A stretch of DNA of 64,000 nucleotides from Podarcis filfolensis (GCA_964270895.1 OZ185436.1); one strand, 5' to 3'; numbered from the stretch's first letter, positions 13,869 through 28,218 are shown. Notes: a model not told the origin generated them from the sequence alone. Translations and numbers: made by a program.

Positions 13869-16800
13869 AATAAACTGTGGAATATTTTCTGCTCTGGGGA
13901 CCTCTGGCTCTTCCCCACTACTCAAACCTGGTTTGTGTATCACTTGTAATAATGAGGGTTGCCCTGGCCTTCTATCAGTCATTTTTAGAAGTTCTAAAAT
14001 GAGTTTTTCAAAGGTTTGTTGCACACTATAAACTCCTTCTCTCTCTGAGCCCATTGAGCTTGGGCTGGGCTGGGACAAAGAGCACACTGCATTGAACCTG
14101 CATAGAATATAATTCTAATGGGTTCCCTGTCCCTTGCAAAGTACCCCCAGGAGAGGGCAGTTTGTATCAGAAAGGGCCCCAAAGCTCCCCATATTAATTG
14201 TAGTCTTTTAAATGTGTCTGTGGGGGTTATTGTTTTGTTTTAATTATTTACTTGTATTTTTATCCTGTATTTTATTCTGTGAACTGCCCTGTGATCTTGC
14301 GATGAAGGGCAGTATATAAATTTAATAAATAATAATAATTTTAAAAGTAATAACATTTTATTTCAGACAGTGGAGCTGGAGGGCAGCACACACTGGTCAT
14401 TTGTCCAGTGTGTGTTTTGCAATAATCTGTTATAAGGTGCCTTGAGGATCATTCAACCAAATCTTACATAAACCTAGCATCAGCGTCATCAGCATCACCT
14501 GTATTACCCTTCACCTGCAGGTCCCAGCACAGGTTACAACAGTTTAAAAATCCAAATTAAAAACAGCCAAAACAGATTACAAGCACAGGGATAGGGCAGG
14601 CCCTGAAAACACACATCACAGGTGTCAAAGGCCTGAGTATTTATTTAGAGGTGTACCTAAATAAATAAATCACAGATTTATAAATGCTAGGCTGACACCC
14701 AAGCCTGAGCTCGGGTAGCTTTAGACAAATAGCACATCCTGTCAGGAAATACTCCAGGTACTTTCACATGCAAACGATACTGGGGTATAGTGGGCTCACA
14801 TTCAAAATCCATAGTAAACAATTTTCCATAATGTGTCTTCCCTTTGCCCTCCTCCTTTTGCATTTACTTTTTGAAAAATGAATTATGGGCTGTCTGTCGC
14901 AGGGGTCTTCAGTCTTCACAGTGGTCTTTGTAAACCTTTGAGACCTAACACAGGAGCCCCTTCTGCATATTTTGGCATATATGATTTGCACCTTCCCTCC
15001 CTCTCTCTGTGCTGGCTGCTGTTCACTATTATTCTCTTTCAACTTGTACAATTTTAAATGTGTGTGTGTGTAAAATGTTGTCAGCCTTTTGTGCTCACAA
15101 ATGCAAAGGAAACAGACCATTCACAGGTTGATCTGATCTTGGATGCCATGAAACACTGACTTGCTGTGCAGCAATTTATGGGTTTGAGGCTGTTCAATCA
15201 AAGTATTAATTTCTTATGAATACTGACCAGGATAAGGAACGTATTTTTCAGATGTTTTCTTCTTTCTCCTGGAGGAAATGAGTCTCTCGCATTTGAAGAA
15301 CCAACGGGGAGGTTTCATCTCCTTCAGAGACCTTGTCACATAATTCTCAAGGAGGCTGACAACCATCAGCAGGAAAACTCCCATGAAAAATTTTGCTGCA
15401 AAATGAAAGGATGTTAGATGGATTTTTCCTAGCGTTATCAAAAAGATACTTTTCCATTATAAGCTGCATGTAGAAGGACTCTTGACTTTTCCCAACAGTG
15501 TTAGGAGCATTTCGCTTTTTCTATTTGTACCTCCTAAGTTCTGTTCTTGCCAACAAAGGTCCGTATAGTAAAAGCTATGGTTTTCTCAGTAGTGATGTAT
15601 GGAAGTGAAAGCTGGACCATAAAGAAGGCTGATCGCCGAAGAATTGATGCTTTTGAATTATGGTGCTGGAGGAGACTCGTGAGAGTCCCACGGACTGCAA
15701 GAAGATCAAACCTATCCATTTTTAAGGAAATCAGCCCTGAGTGCTCACTGGAAGGACAGATCGTGAAGCTGAGGCTCCAATACTTTGGCCACCTCATGAG
15801 AAGAGAAGACTCCCTGGAAAAGACCCTGATGTTGGGAAAGATGGAGGGCACAAGAAGAAGGGGACAACAGAGGACGAGATGGATGGATAGTGTTCTTGAA
15901 GCTACCAGCATGAGTTTGACCAAAGTGTGGGAGGCAGTGGAAGACAGAAGTGCCTGGTGTGCTCTGGTCCATGGGGTCACGAAGAGTCGGACACGACTAA
16001 ACGACTAAACAACAACAACAAGTTCTGTTCACCTCACACTAGGCATGATGTAGCTGCTGGGGAATAGATGGGGAAATACAGGGCAACCGTGATTGGACAA
16101 TGGCATCATGTGCGTGCCCTGAAAACAGTGAATAAACACAGCTTGGCTATTCCACACTAAATGCCTAGTATGGAAGTGCCCCAAAATAGATGGTGGCTTA
16201 GCACTAGCATTCTATAACCTTGCATTCCCAGCCGAGACATGCCAGTAACTAGATCCACTCCAATAAGACCTTTGTGTCTCAGTCTCAAAGTGATTTCATC
16301 TGGTTATTTGAAATTTCTACAAGGCATAAGGGTAGGGGGAACCCCATTAGCAGATTTGGGGCAGGGGTAGGAGAGGGAGGACAAGTGCCATTGTGCTCAC
16401 GGAAGCTGCTCCATGCACAGAGCGATTTAGCTGGGTACAACCCAAAGAAGCATTAAGAAGCAGGAAGTTGATTTATGTTGGAACCTTCTTATTAGGACGC
16501 TTTTAAATCAAGAATACACTTAGGTAGGGCTGCCATACATCCAGAATTTTCTGGATATAGCCAGGATTTGTCTGTTGAAAATGGCGTCAGGGCAGAATTT
16601 TTGCAAGCCAGTTAAAGTGTCTGGGATGACCCAAGTGTATGGCAACCCGTTTAAGAAATGTTGATTTTTTGGTGAATTTCTGAAAGAAAAAAAAAGCTTC
16701 AAAACCGGATTTTCACTTCTTGAAATATGACAACCCTAACAGGCAAAGAAAAGCCGCTGTTTAATTTACATGATCAGTTCTCTCAGGATGTATATATACT

Positions 16801-19800
16801 ATATATTTAAAGCACATACTTTCCTTCAAAGAATTCTGGGCATTGTAGTTTGCTAAAGGCTGCTGGGAATGGTAACTTGGTGAGGGCTAACTTACATTGC
16901 CTAAAATTCTTACAAGGAAAGCATGTGTTTCAATGTGGTTTAAAGGCATGGTGTATACCAGAGGCACCAGCTTGCGAGGGCAATTGGAGAGCCAGTGTTA
17001 CACACATGGGATGTTTGGAGGAGCCGGGGTAGAGTCAAATATGGCGGTCCAACAGCTTCAATGGCCAATAGCTCCTCCTCTGCCTTCTACTGGTGCCACC
17101 ACCGATGGGAGGCTGCTTTGACCCTCCTTCCCCTCCAAAGCATCAGCAGGAGGAGAAGGAGCCGGCAACTGGCGCCATGCTGCATTTTGCTCCGCGCTTC
17201 GCCTCCACCCTTTTCAGACATGGGTGGGGGGTTTACCTCCACCACAAAAATATTCAGGGGGCCCAAAAGAGCTCGGCTCCCAGGATCTGGTGCCCCTGGT
17301 GTGTACACAGCCACAGTACTGATTGCAAAAAAATCAGCCCATGTCTTCTAGCTAGATTTGCCTTGTGCAAAGTTTTGCCAGAAGGATATCCAAGGTTGTA
17401 ATCCTATACCTATTTATCTGGGAGTAAGCCCACTGAACTTTGTAGTTGCTTCTGAGTAGACAAGCATAGGATTGCGCTGTGAAGGTTCCTCAGGACAAGA
17501 GAGTATTCTATAATATAGCTCATATATAATATACTTTGTTTCCTGGCAGCGCGAGTTGATTATACGTCCACTTGAAATTACTATTGCTTACCTATTATAG
17601 GGGGGTCATCTGAGGATGCTGGCAGAATACTATTTAGAATCAGCGACAAAAAAGAGACTTCTAGGATCAATGTGATCTTGACGTTGATCTTTTCAGAATC
17701 ACTGGCAGAAGTGAAGGAAACAGCCATATCCAGGAAGAAGAGAACAGCGGTTGGGATGATCAGATTCAGCACATACAGAATAGGACGCCTCTGCATAAAA
17801 ATCTGTTGAGAGATTAAAAACACATCAAACTGCTTGAAGACAACAACAAACGCAAGTGGGATTTGATTGCAACATGGAGTCATCCCCTAATTTTCAAAAC
17901 TTGACAGCTAGGGGTTGTTTATCTCCCCCCCCCCCATTGAACCGAAACAGGTGTTCCAGTGGGTCACTGAGGCTAGGGGCTCTTCCAACTTTCTCCTTCA
18001 GACAATCCTTCTGCATTGACTATTCTGTCATGCATTGCAGAAGATGCCGAGTCATGTTTCAGGTTGCGTGCTCAGCCAACTCCCCACTGCCTGCACAAAG
18101 AACACCTCTGCATAACAACTCCATCTTCTTATTAAGGAAGCCCAGATTATAAACATCCAAGAAATCCCATGCTTTCTTAGAATAAAGGCCATTCCCTTCT
18201 CCAGACTGTGGTCCAGGAATCTGATAGGCATTTTACTCATACCCTCCAACATTACTCAGATGAAAATAGGGTCATTTCTCATTCCCCCCAATTTACCCTC
18301 CTCGACACCCCATTTTGTGGTGTCCCCCCGCAGAGCATTTCCTGTCAGAAGGAGGGCAAGTGCCACCACTGCACAAAAGGGACACAGCACACACCCTGCA
18401 GATAATATTCTGTAATCCCAATTTTATTTTATTTTATTCTTTGGTAGATTTAGCAAAAGAAAAACAGCAATAAATAAATTTTAGAAAAGGGCATGGACAC
18501 AAAGCATTAAAAAATAATAATCAAGATTCCTTGTGTTCTGCTCTGCCTATCTTCCCACCCAGGGCAGCCCTGTCCTCTGCCTGCCCCTCACAGCTGATAT
18601 GTCATATGGGGCTGAAGAAGAAGAAGAGTTTGGATTTGATATGCCGCTTTATCACTACCTGAAGGAGTCTCAAAGCAGCTAACAATCTCCTTTTCCTTCC
18701 TCCCCCACAACAAACACTCTGTGAGGTGAGTGGGGCTGAGAGACTTCAGAGAAGTGTGACTGGCCCAAGGTCACCCAGCAGCTGCATGTGGAGGAGCGAG
18801 GAAGCAAACCCGGTTCACCAGATTATAAGTCTACCACTCTTAACCACTACACCACACTGAGCCTCGGTGGTAGCAGCCTCTTCTCCTCACCTGCTCTCCA
18901 GCAGCTACTATGAGCTGCCCAAAGGAGGAGGCCAGCAGCAGCAGCTATAGAGAGGCAATGGGAGGCTCCCTCACAGCCACCACTGCCACCATAATTGTCA
19001 CTTGGAACAAGCGCCGGCTCATTCTCCCCTCTCCCCCCAAGCTCGGTGGTGGCAGTGCTGGCAGGGGAATAGAGAAATTCCGGGATCAAATCAGAAGCTG
19101 GGATGGCTTTTGTAATTCTGGGACCGCCTTTGGAAAATTGGAGGGTATTATTTTACTTCGCAACCTGTCTCTTTCGTGGTTTCTAAAATGAAATGGGTAA
19201 TACATAATTGGGGATAGTGAGTCCCCGAGGCGATCAGTATTCTGTTTCTGGGCTCTTATGCCACACGTTGTGACCACCAGTGACTTAACAGTATTTCTTG
19301 AAGAAGAATCCTCCGTAGCGACAACAGAATTTCATTGAAACAATGCAATCTGCAGAATGTTTCCTGTTAAACAATGGAAGTCAAAGCACTGATGAGCAAC
19401 TCATCAGTCTTATATACCTGGTAAGTCACCGTACTATAGTTCATCTCAAGACCAGTCATGGTATCACGGGAAACAATGATGTTGTTGTACTTCCACTCCC
19501 CGTTGGTTAAGTATAGGTTGCGATCTTTGGCATCCAATTTAGTGGAAAACGTTTTGTCCGACATTTTCACTTCCTTATCTGGAGCGAGAAAAAAACAAAG
19601 AGACAGCAGCTTAAGTTGGGGTTCTGTTTTCCTTGTAGCCTCTACATAACCTCCCCACTCCACCATCCAAACAAAGGAGACCTAAACTCTTAAAATGCTT
19701 TGTGCGATATAGTAATAATTCAGCAATGCTAACTCATATTTGCCAACTCTTTCTATTTATCAGGGACAGTTCCTATTTTCTGGTACTATATGTGGTAAAT

Positions 19801-19873
19801 TACATTTCCCTCTTTTTTTGGCAGGAGATGCTGAAGGTGCCTAAAAAACTCCAACTTTCCTCGGTTGCTAACA

Positions 19874-19909
<36 letters not shown>

Positions 19910-22900
19910 GTACAGTGGTACCTCGGGTTAAGAACTTAATTCATTCTAGAGGTCTGTTCTTAACCTGAAACTGTTCTTAACCTGAGGCACCACTTTAGCT
20001 AATGGGGCCTCCTGCTGCCGCCATGCCGCCACCACACGATTTCTGTTCTCATCCTGAAGCAAAGTTCTTAACCCGAGGTACTATTTCTGTGTTAGCGGTG
20101 TCTGTAAACCTGAAGCGTCTGTAACCCGAGGTACCACTGTATAATAGAACTGCAATGAGGACAGGAAAAGCCATGCTGGTTGCTTAGTGCTGTTTCCTCA
20201 CGTCCTGCTTACAGGCTTCCCTTCAGCATCTGATTGGATGCTGTGGGAAATGGGATTCTGGGCCAGTTAGGCCTTTGGTCAGACCCATCAGGACTCTTCT
20301 TGTGCCCTTACGGGCTGAAACGTCCTCCTACCATGGCCACTTCCAGACGTCTGCCATTTTGTGGGTGGGATCAATTTTCATACCAGCAAATTCTGGTTGT
20401 GCAATTAAAGCAGATTAGGGGCTACTGTGCAACAAAATCCCTCCCCTCAACCATGGTGTGGTGTCTTACTTTCCCCTCCCCCTTTTCTTTTGCACCTGTC
20501 ATCAAAACAGGTGGAGTCAAGGGGGAGCAACATTTGTTTGGGAGGCTGTGCTGGTGGTGGGGGGGCGCCCCCCAATATTTTGTTCAAGTTGGCACCAATG
20601 TCAAGCAGCAATTGTACTCGAGAGACTAATGTGCTGTTTACGGCTTACCTGAATGCATGGGGGAGAGCACAGTTATGTTGCAAGCCTGCTTATCAAAAGG
20701 AAACGTGAAGATGTGCAGACTGCAAGATGATGTCAGGTGAAAAGCCTGGTGCTGCATCATGTCTCCACTGGAAGAAACGCGAAGGAACGGGCTGGTTCTG
20801 GACTTCTCTTCATTGGCCCTGAAACATTGCCATTAAGGACCAAGAGATTAAGCAACAGGCTTGGAATCACTTGTTTTAGTTCAGGTAACCCTTTCGCAGC
20901 TTTCCCTGCCCCTCGCCATCCCAATGTCCTTTTCTCTCTCTCTGCATTTTTGATTATTTGGTATTGGGTTGGTTGTATGTGATAGTGTTTTTAATACTAT
21001 TTGCACATGCAAAAGTTCCTGGGCTGCTTTATTTCTAATCAGTGCATGTCCTGTGGCTTCCCGCTGGAATCCTGCAACTTTTTGCGCCCTTAAATGTTCC
21101 TTTTTTGTTTCGTCTTGGTTTCGTTGCGCTATAGCAAAAGAGTGTCCCTCCAGACGGCAATAGTGCAATAACATTGGGGGGAAATCACAGAACAACCAAT
21201 AACGCTGAGAGATGTGTGGACCACCGCTGAGGCACTATTCTTATGTTAATAACACGTTACAGAATACATCTGTAAAAAACACCAGTCTGGAGGAGCCCTC
21301 AATCCTAAAGACTGAAATATTTAAAGCATATTACAAGTATGTTGCACAGTAATTTGTAAGATGCTTGTAACATAAACAGTATTAACAAGGAACTGAAAAT
21401 GTGAAGTTAAGGCAGGCAGTTCTGGAATATATATATATATATGGTGTATTCCCCCCATATCACCCTATCGGCTAGTCTTTGTAGTAACCTCCAGTTAAAT
21501 ACTTCTATAGTAAACTTAGGGCATGTAACTCTTGCCTACAACATAAGAGTCCCAGGGTGGTGTCCTGGCCCCCTGTCGCCCGCCACATCTTCCCCCTGTC
21601 AGCAGCACCCCTAACAGTCCTACATTGAGGCTGAAATCTGAAGAGAGGTTCTTTTTGTGTTGAAAATACACTGCGCAAGAGGAACGGGTTAAGTTCCCTC
21701 CCTGCCAATCACAGCCTGACTGTCTCTCCCTCTCCCTCCTGCCATTTCCTTATGGATTTGTCCAAGGGCAACAGTTTTAACACTGCTACTACCTCAAGAA
21801 TTGAAAAGGGAGACGACAAGCTCAAGTCACCCATGAAGGTGGCTCAGTGCAGGGAGCAGTGCTTGTACAGTGGTACCTCGGGTTACACACGCTTCAGGTT
21901 ACATATGCTTCAGGTTACAGACTCCGCTAACGCAGAAATAGTGCTTCAGGTTAAGAACTTTGCTTCAGGATAAGAACAGAAGTCGTGCTCCGGCGGCGCA
22001 GCGGCAACAAGAGGCCCCATTAGCTAAAGTGGTGCTTCAGGTTAAGAACGGTTTCAGGTTAAGAATGGACCTCCGGAACGAATTAAGTATTTAACCCGAG
22101 GTACCACTGTGCTGTGCAGAATGACAGCTGAGACTCATTTGCGATGTACTCCCTTTCTCTTCATCAACAAAAGCATAAGCAGGTCAGCAGTGGGTGGGTG
22201 GGTGGGAGAAGCACAGAGAGCAAGAGAATACAATGCATGCCGCCACACAAATTAATGCCACAGAGCTACAGATCCGACCCAAACAGCTGGTATTAATTTT
22301 AGTGGGATAAGCCACACAGAATCTTACATTCTCCACAGCTCTTAAAAGTATCTGAGCTTTTCAAGATCTGGAAGCAGCTGGCCAGGCAGAATTAAGTACG
22401 TTTACACCCCATTGATGATTTCAGCAGGAGAATTAAAACCATCTTACCTCTGTCCAGCTGAAATTAATTGTGTTTACCTTTGTCTAAACCAAACTCATGT
22501 GAAGTATCAAGACAGGCAAACACTCCAGGGATCAAAATTGACTGAAGACCACAAATGCCCCAGATAGTTGGGAGAGGGAAGACATCACCATTACTAGTGT
22601 GTTGCTATAGTTTTCCTGTGGGGGTTGTTTTGCTTTTATGGTATAATGCAGTGGTTTACAACCAATGTGCTGTGGCACCCTGGGGTGCCTTGAATGATGG
22701 TCAGGGGTGCCGCAGGGCAACACTGGCCTCTGCCCCTCTTTCCTTCCCTCCCTCCTCTGATGCCCTCTTGTGCCTCTGCCTCCCAAAGGCTTACATGGCT
22801 GTTTGTTGTAGCAGCCCTGGCTACAAGGTCCCCAGGTGAATGGTGCCTCTGAGAGGCACCTCTCTTTGGGGTGGGGTGGGGGGCAGCTCAGAGACCAGCT

Positions 22901-25408
22901 GCCTGGAGGACTCCCAAGGAGAGGGGAGAAGAGGCTGAAGGAACACTCCACAAGGAAGGGTGTTCGAAAAAGGGTGAGGGGCTGCCAGCTCTGCAGGCAA
23001 AGTGTGACGTAACAGGGCTCCTGAGCCCCACAGGGGTGCCACAGAAAGAACGTAGTTGGTTAAGGGAGCCGTGGACTCAAAAAGGTTGAAAATCTCTGAT
23101 ATAATGTATTTATTTTAATGTTTTCAGATGTGTTGCAAGTCACTTGGAGACCTTTGGGTAACTAGTAACTAACAAGTCTAATTAACTTATCACCATTGCT
23201 ACCACCAATATAGCCATTTGTTTACTCTCTAGCATGAATTTTAAATTTTCTAACTTCATCTAACTATTTGTGGGTGTTTCCCAAAGCTTAAACCATCATT
23301 TCATCTGCAAACAACACTTGTTTAGTATTCAGAAGGTTGGAGCTGCTAAAGCTTTTTTGGGAGGGAAGGGGAGAAATCAACATAAGCATTGCTTTAAATA
23401 AGTTGCCAATGGAATAAGTGATCCTTACTGTTCTTCTATAGAGATTTCAGGGATCCAGAATTTATCCGCTGGGAGAGTGAGATGGGTAATGCCACAGAAG
23501 TCAGAGGAATTCCATGACACAAAGTCATTTCTCCATTTCTACATTACAGAGTTGAGTGAGCAAAAAGATTAGTGTACAACATCTCAGTTTGCTTATTTAG
23601 GAGAATTGATAAAATCTCTGAGCAGTGGACATAAAGCAATGACTATTAATAACAGCCAGAGAAGATCAGCATTAAAAAAACCCAACAATCAAGTAAAAGA
23701 TATGTGCAAATAGGCTTGTAGAAATAAAAATGTTTTAGTAGGCATCTAAATCAGTGTAAAGGGACGCGGGTGGCGCTGTGGGTTAAACCACAGAGCCTAG
23801 GACTTGCCGATCAGAAGGTCGTCGGTTCGAATCCCCGCGATGGGGTGAGCTCCCATTGCTCGGTCCCTGCTCCTGCAAACCTTGCAGTTCGAAAGCACAT
23901 CAAAATGTAAGTAGATAAATAGGTACCGCTCTGGCAGGAAGGTAAACGGCGTTTCCGTGCGCTGCTCTGGTTCGCCAGAAGTGGCTTAGTCATGCTGGCC
24001 ACATGACTCAGAAGCTGTACGCCAGCTCCCTCGGCCAATAAAGCGAGGTGAGCGCCGCAACCCCAGAGTCGGTCATGACTGGACCTAATGGTCAAGGGTC
24101 CCTTTACCTTTACCTTTAAATCAGTATAATGAAGGTGCTTGCTGTCACATTGAAATACTGACTTCTCACAAATGTGGAACAAACATGGTATAGCATTTGT
24201 TACTGTGCAAGCTCTGCAGATCAAAGTGGTCAAATAGGTATGTAGGTGCTCTGTCAAGTAAATGGTTTCCAAATTCTTAATGGCTTTATATACTTAATAG
24301 TAAAATATTGAATTTGGCCCACTCAGCAATCCGGCGGCTACTGCAGATCTTGAAGCAGAAATATAATGTGGTCCAGGATTTCACTCCTGTTAGCAATCGT
24401 GCTGCACCGTTCTGCACTAACTGCAGTTTCCAGACCAACCATAAGGGAAGCCCCACAAAGAGTGCATTGCAGTCATTCAGTTGTGAAGTTATGGGTCTGC
24501 TATGGGTCAAGCTATCTCAGTCCAGGAATGGCCATAGCTGCTGTACCAGCTGAAGTTGGCAAAAGGTTATCCTAGACACAATATTCATCTGGGCCTTCAG
24601 CAACAAAATTGGATCCAGGAGCACCCTAAGATTGCTCCTCCAAAAGGAGTGAGACCCTTTCCAGGTCAGGCAACTGGTCCATTTCTTGGAAATGGGAAGC
24701 ACTCAGCCCCATTCCTTTTCCTTACCAAGATTCAAGCTCAGCTGGACAAACCAAGGGCTAGTATAATATGATAAAAAAGAGAGCCTTACCACAAACAGCC
24801 AGAAGTAAGTTGTAATCACTTGCAACTTCTCTACCTGTAAAGAAACAAAAACAGAAGGGGCACAACCCATCCACAGTGATGCACCTTCCGAAATTGACGG
24901 GCTTAACTCTTTAACTTGAAATCAGTGGAACATAAAAATGCTTCACTTTGTCTGGATCACCCCCAAATGATAAAATTCCCTCCTCCTCGCTTGTTTGAAG
25001 TGTGAAGCTCGCCGGAGATTTTGGCGTCTTACCACTGTCAGGATAGAGACGAGAGTAAAATCCAACTTGACAGTCAAAGGTTTTCTCCAGTCCTTCTTGG
25101 GTCTGGTATACAGGAGGAGCTTGTTGTCGTTAGAAATATTCAGATATTCAACCACACTGTGATGTGAACAGTTCCATGTGAAGGCAATTCCTACTGCAAA
25201 TGGAATGAAAAGTTTTCTTATTCCTAACCACCTCTCAAACCAGGAACAGCCTTTCTCACTAACTGCCTATTACGGATGGCAACATATGAGAGCAAAATCA
25301 CTGTTCCTAATTCAGACACTAACCCATCCCTTAGACCGTCATCATAGGAAAAAGAGTCTTACCTGGGAACAGAGCAAAAAGGGCACAACAGACAAACGAT
25401 TTCCACAT
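10107..25408 (-). CDS. 5-HT3-receptor-like Cys-loop ion channel subunit, copy A (443 aa); coding exons 25363-25408, 25033-25193, 24790-24834, 23429-23538, 20649-20818, 19418-19578, 17592-17802, 15228-15395, 10107-10366
   Basis: Nine GT-AG exons (46/161/45/110/170/161/211/168/260 = 1332 nt, open). Signal peptide MWKSFVCCALFALFPVG, RPKKDWRKP, WxPEI loop A, Cys loop CSLHIFTFPFDKQAC (C-x13-C), NGEW, pre-M1 QRRP, M1-M3, M2 EKINVKITLILEVSF, MA and M4 ending WRSEM*. The 45/110/170/161/211 internal exon pattern is that of HTR3 genes. Confidence 0.93.
10599..13419 (+). mobile_element. 5'-truncated L1-clade LINE (ORF2: RT domain plus C-terminal Cys knuckle, uninterrupted), in intron 8 of copy A, antisense
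   Basis: Open frame to 13152 with PGPDG, YRPISLLN, DAEKAFD, GTRQGCPISP, FADD and CWKC..FFHLWWTC motifs. AATAAA at 13388, poly(A)18 at 13402-13419, exact 19-bp TSD CAAACTTACTAAGTTTTGG at 10580-10598 and 13420-13438. Confidence 0.97.
13827..13867. repeat. (GTT)n microsatellite
   Basis: Perfect trinucleotide run. Confidence 0.95.
15547..16019 (+). mobile_element. BovB (RTE) LINE 3' fragment in intron 7 of copy A
   Basis: VMYGSESWTIKKADRRRIDAFELWCWRR...ALVHGVTKSRTRLND*; (CAA)n tail; 11-bp TSD AAGTTCTGTTC at 15536-15546 and 16020-16030. Confidence 0.95.
18614..18865 (-). mobile_element. Squam3-type tRNA-derived SINE
   Basis: Reverse complement is CAGTGTGGTGTAGTGGTTAAGAG...GGGTGACCTTGGGC...CTCACCTCACAGAGTGTTTGTTGTGGGG, with a (TCT)n tail. 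Confidence 0.8.
19913..20139. mobile_element. Tc1/mariner-type MITE (CAGTGGTACCTC TIR, TA TSD), copy 1
   Basis: TA-CAGTGGTACCTCGGGTTA...TAACCCGAGGTACCACTG-TA. Confidence 0.9.
21868..22109. mobile_element. same MITE family, copy 2
   Basis: Same TIRs, opposite orientation. Confidence 0.9.
22649..23098. mobile_element. hAT-type non-autonomous element (450 bp)
   Basis: Imperfect TIR CAGTGGTTTACAACC / GGTTGAAAATCTCTG; 8-bp TSD RTATAATG. Confidence 0.7.
23761..24116 (+). mobile_element. full-length Sauria SINE
   Basis: GGGACGCGGGTGGCGCTGTGGGTTAAACC head with B box GGTTCGAATCCC, body, and (ACCTTT)n tail; TSD TAAATCAGTRTAA at 23747-23759 and 24117-24129. Confidence 0.95.
24290..24720 (-). mobile_element. 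degraded L2 fragment in intron 3 of copy A
   Basis: DCNALFVGLPLWLVWKLQLVQNGAARLLTG motif. Confidence 0.8.
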
Positions 25409-25811
25409 TCTTCTGCACCTGAGAGATGGCAACAGACTGCGGAGGCTGTGCAAGGAGCCGAATGAGGAGGCATCAATGAATTTTAAACCTTGCAGGGATG
25501 AAGTGCACACTATAAACTTTGGTCAAAGTCTCGCACGAAAGCCCTCTTGGGAGCGAGCTTCTTTGAAATTATTAATACTTTATTTCCTGTAAACAGGAAG
25601 AGCACTTTTCTCACACCAAGGTAGCCACTCTGGGCGGCTCCCAACAGAATATTGAAAACACGATGAAACATCAAACGTTAAAAACTTCCCTAAAGTTTTT
25701 ATGAGGGCCATTGCTTAGGGAACCAAAAGTGTGCCACCCATGCCCGAGAGGAAGGCACCAGTCCAATGAGGACTGAGTGTGTTCAGTGAGCAGAGAACGC
25801 TGGATGTAATA

Positions 25812-26054
25812 CAGTGGTACCTCGGGTTAAGAACTTAATTTGTTCTGGAGGTCTGTTCTTAACCTGAAACTGTTCTTAACCTGAGGTACGACTTTAGCTA
25901 ATGGGGCCTCCTGCGGCCTCCGTGCCACCGTTGTGTGATTTCTGTTCTCATCCTGAAAGCAAAGTTCTTAACCCAAGGTACTATTTCTGGGTTAGCCGAG
26001 TCTGTAACCTGAAGCGTCTGTAACCTGAAGCATCTGTAACCCGAGGTACCACTG
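25812..26054. mobile_element. same MITE family, copy 3 (about 400 bp upstream of the copy A start codon)
   Basis: Same TIRs, TA TSD. Confidence 0.9.
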
Positions 26055-26384
26055 TACTGGGGGAACAGAGTATTTCCAGTTCTGAAGAGCAGCATTTCAC
26101 AGGGCAATGTAGGCTGTTGGTCCCACTTGTTTTCCATTATTGAGGCGGTCCCCAACATCCTATTTTTTGAGCATTCACCCTGATCTATTTTCTGGGTGGT
26201 TAGACCATGTTGGCTGTTTAATGAGCGTTCATTCTGATCTGTTGGCATGGAGGTTAGATGATGTTGCGTCAAAGCGAGCTCTATCCCATACTTTCCAGCA
26301 CGTTCCCCTGTTCCCTATCCTTATTGCAAAAAGTCTGGCCTTTTGGAGAGGGGGGTCTGTTGTACAAGACCATCTAATCCAATC

Positions 26385-27270
26385 TAAGCGACTCCATTGA
26401 GAGGTAATGGAGTGCACATTCGTGGGTGAAGTAAAACCACTTGAGAATCACAGTGCCTGCTGTGGCCGCAGAGACCGGTAACTCATAACTGCTGCCTCCT
26501 GTGCTGTTTTTACTGCATTAGCAGCACCAAAGTGGCCTCCCTGGGCGCAAACCTGGGCAGTGTGTATGGGAGTCCTGGGCTGCCCAGATGACACGACCCC
26601 ACTCTCAGCCTCACTGATGTGGTCCAAAGGAAAGCAGATCAATATGTTTGGCACCAGCTTGGCTGCAGGAGTTGCTGGAAGGAGGTTTACAATGCGCCAT
26701 CCAACCGCCTTAGGGACTCCACTCCAGATTTGTGTAGGGTTTACTCTTTAGCCTTCTCTTCTCCCCAAGTCCCTCAAGACAGTGGGTTCAGATTTTCCCT
26801 CAAGGTTTACTTTCGAAGCCTTTCTCTTGAATGAGCAAAGCAGTGGAGGTTTGGGATCAGAGTTTTCCTACTCCTAGATGGGCTGCCTTCCCAGGTTGAT
26901 GAGCCTCATCCGCCCCTCACTTCCCCCTACAGCACATGCAGAAACCGCCTTCTTGACCAATGGAACTACTCTTGGTCTTGTCTGCTCAACTCACCAGAGT
27001 ATATTTTCACATGCAGGGCAAGTCCCTAACTCACCAATGGGTTTGAGACCCATTGGCTACCCTCACATGGTTTAGCCAACCAGTTGAAGCCATTTCTGGG
27101 GTGTCACATGCTGACAGCTTCTAGGAGCCACAGGTGAGAGCTGAGTTCAGGGTGGTGACCAAAGGTGGCCAAACTACCCCAGAAGGCACACAACATGTCC
27201 CCCAGCAGAGGTATCACCCCTCCCCTAATACCATATACACCCCGGAGGCTATAATGTTTCTGAATACCAG
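26385..27270 (-). mobile_element. about 0.9-kb non-coding interspersed repeat sharing its 3' end with the RTE LINE
   Basis: Alignable in inverted orientation with 30310-31960; 26400-26480 matches the RTE 3' end at 48590-48700. Confidence 0.65.
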
Positions 27271-27299
27271 TTGTTTGAAACCACAGGAGGGGTTCTCAG

Positions 27300-27342
<43 letters not shown>
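27300..27342. repeat. (TAT)n microsatellite
   Basis: Perfect trinucleotide run. Confidence 0.95.
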
Positions 27343-27344
<2 letters not shown>

Positions 27345-28218
27345 CTTGCAGTTTTTCTACACGCGCCTGGCTGGCCCCTGTGAGAACAGAATGCTATCAA
27401 ATGGGCAATTGGCCTGATCTTTCAGGATCTTATTGTGTTCTTAAGTGCACAACCTGAATTTCCCCATATGTGATTGACTCCCCATTGGAAAAAGAGCGAC
27501 AGTCTGGAAGCACCCTAAGTCCTTTGTCATCATTCTCAACCAACAGTTTCATTTCAGGGAAAGAAGAGTGATCTGTAAGGCGAGCAGCTTCTGCCCTTTC
27601 TGCTCCACCTATTTTTATTGGTTCACTTTCCAATAAAACTAAACTTGGGGTGGGTGTGGGATGATTAGGAAAAAGCCAACAACTGAAGGCAGTGGCAAGG
27701 ACCCATCTCCTTAATGGAAAGTTGAAGCACTCTTCTGACACTGCGGTTATTGAAACACAACTGCACATTTCATATGCATATTGAAAATGGATCCCTGGGG
27801 CTTTCTGGGTGGCAGATAATGGAGAAGAAGGAACATAGCCAAAATGCTGTACTGGACAGATGTCTGTGATGGGTTACTTAATGTTAATTGCTTCAAAGCA
27901 GTGGCCTCAATTTGAAGGAATCAGAGAAGTTCCTTTGTATGGTTACATCCTGTTCAATTACATGGAATTTGCAAGCTGCTTCATTGCCTTTTCCAGTGGT
28001 ATTCTCATACCGTACTCACCAGATGCACCAACCGCAGGGGGCTGAGGGGTCTTTGGCCCCTCTGTATCTGGGGGCAAGGGGCCAGGCCCCTGAATGTTGA
28101 GTGGGTGGAAGCAGTGGCGGAGCTTCATGCTCCTGCACCAGGGGCGGAGAGCAGGCAGGGGCATGGCTGGTGCGCATCCCGGGGGCGTGGCACATCGCCT
28201 GTGTGGGTGTGGTGCTCA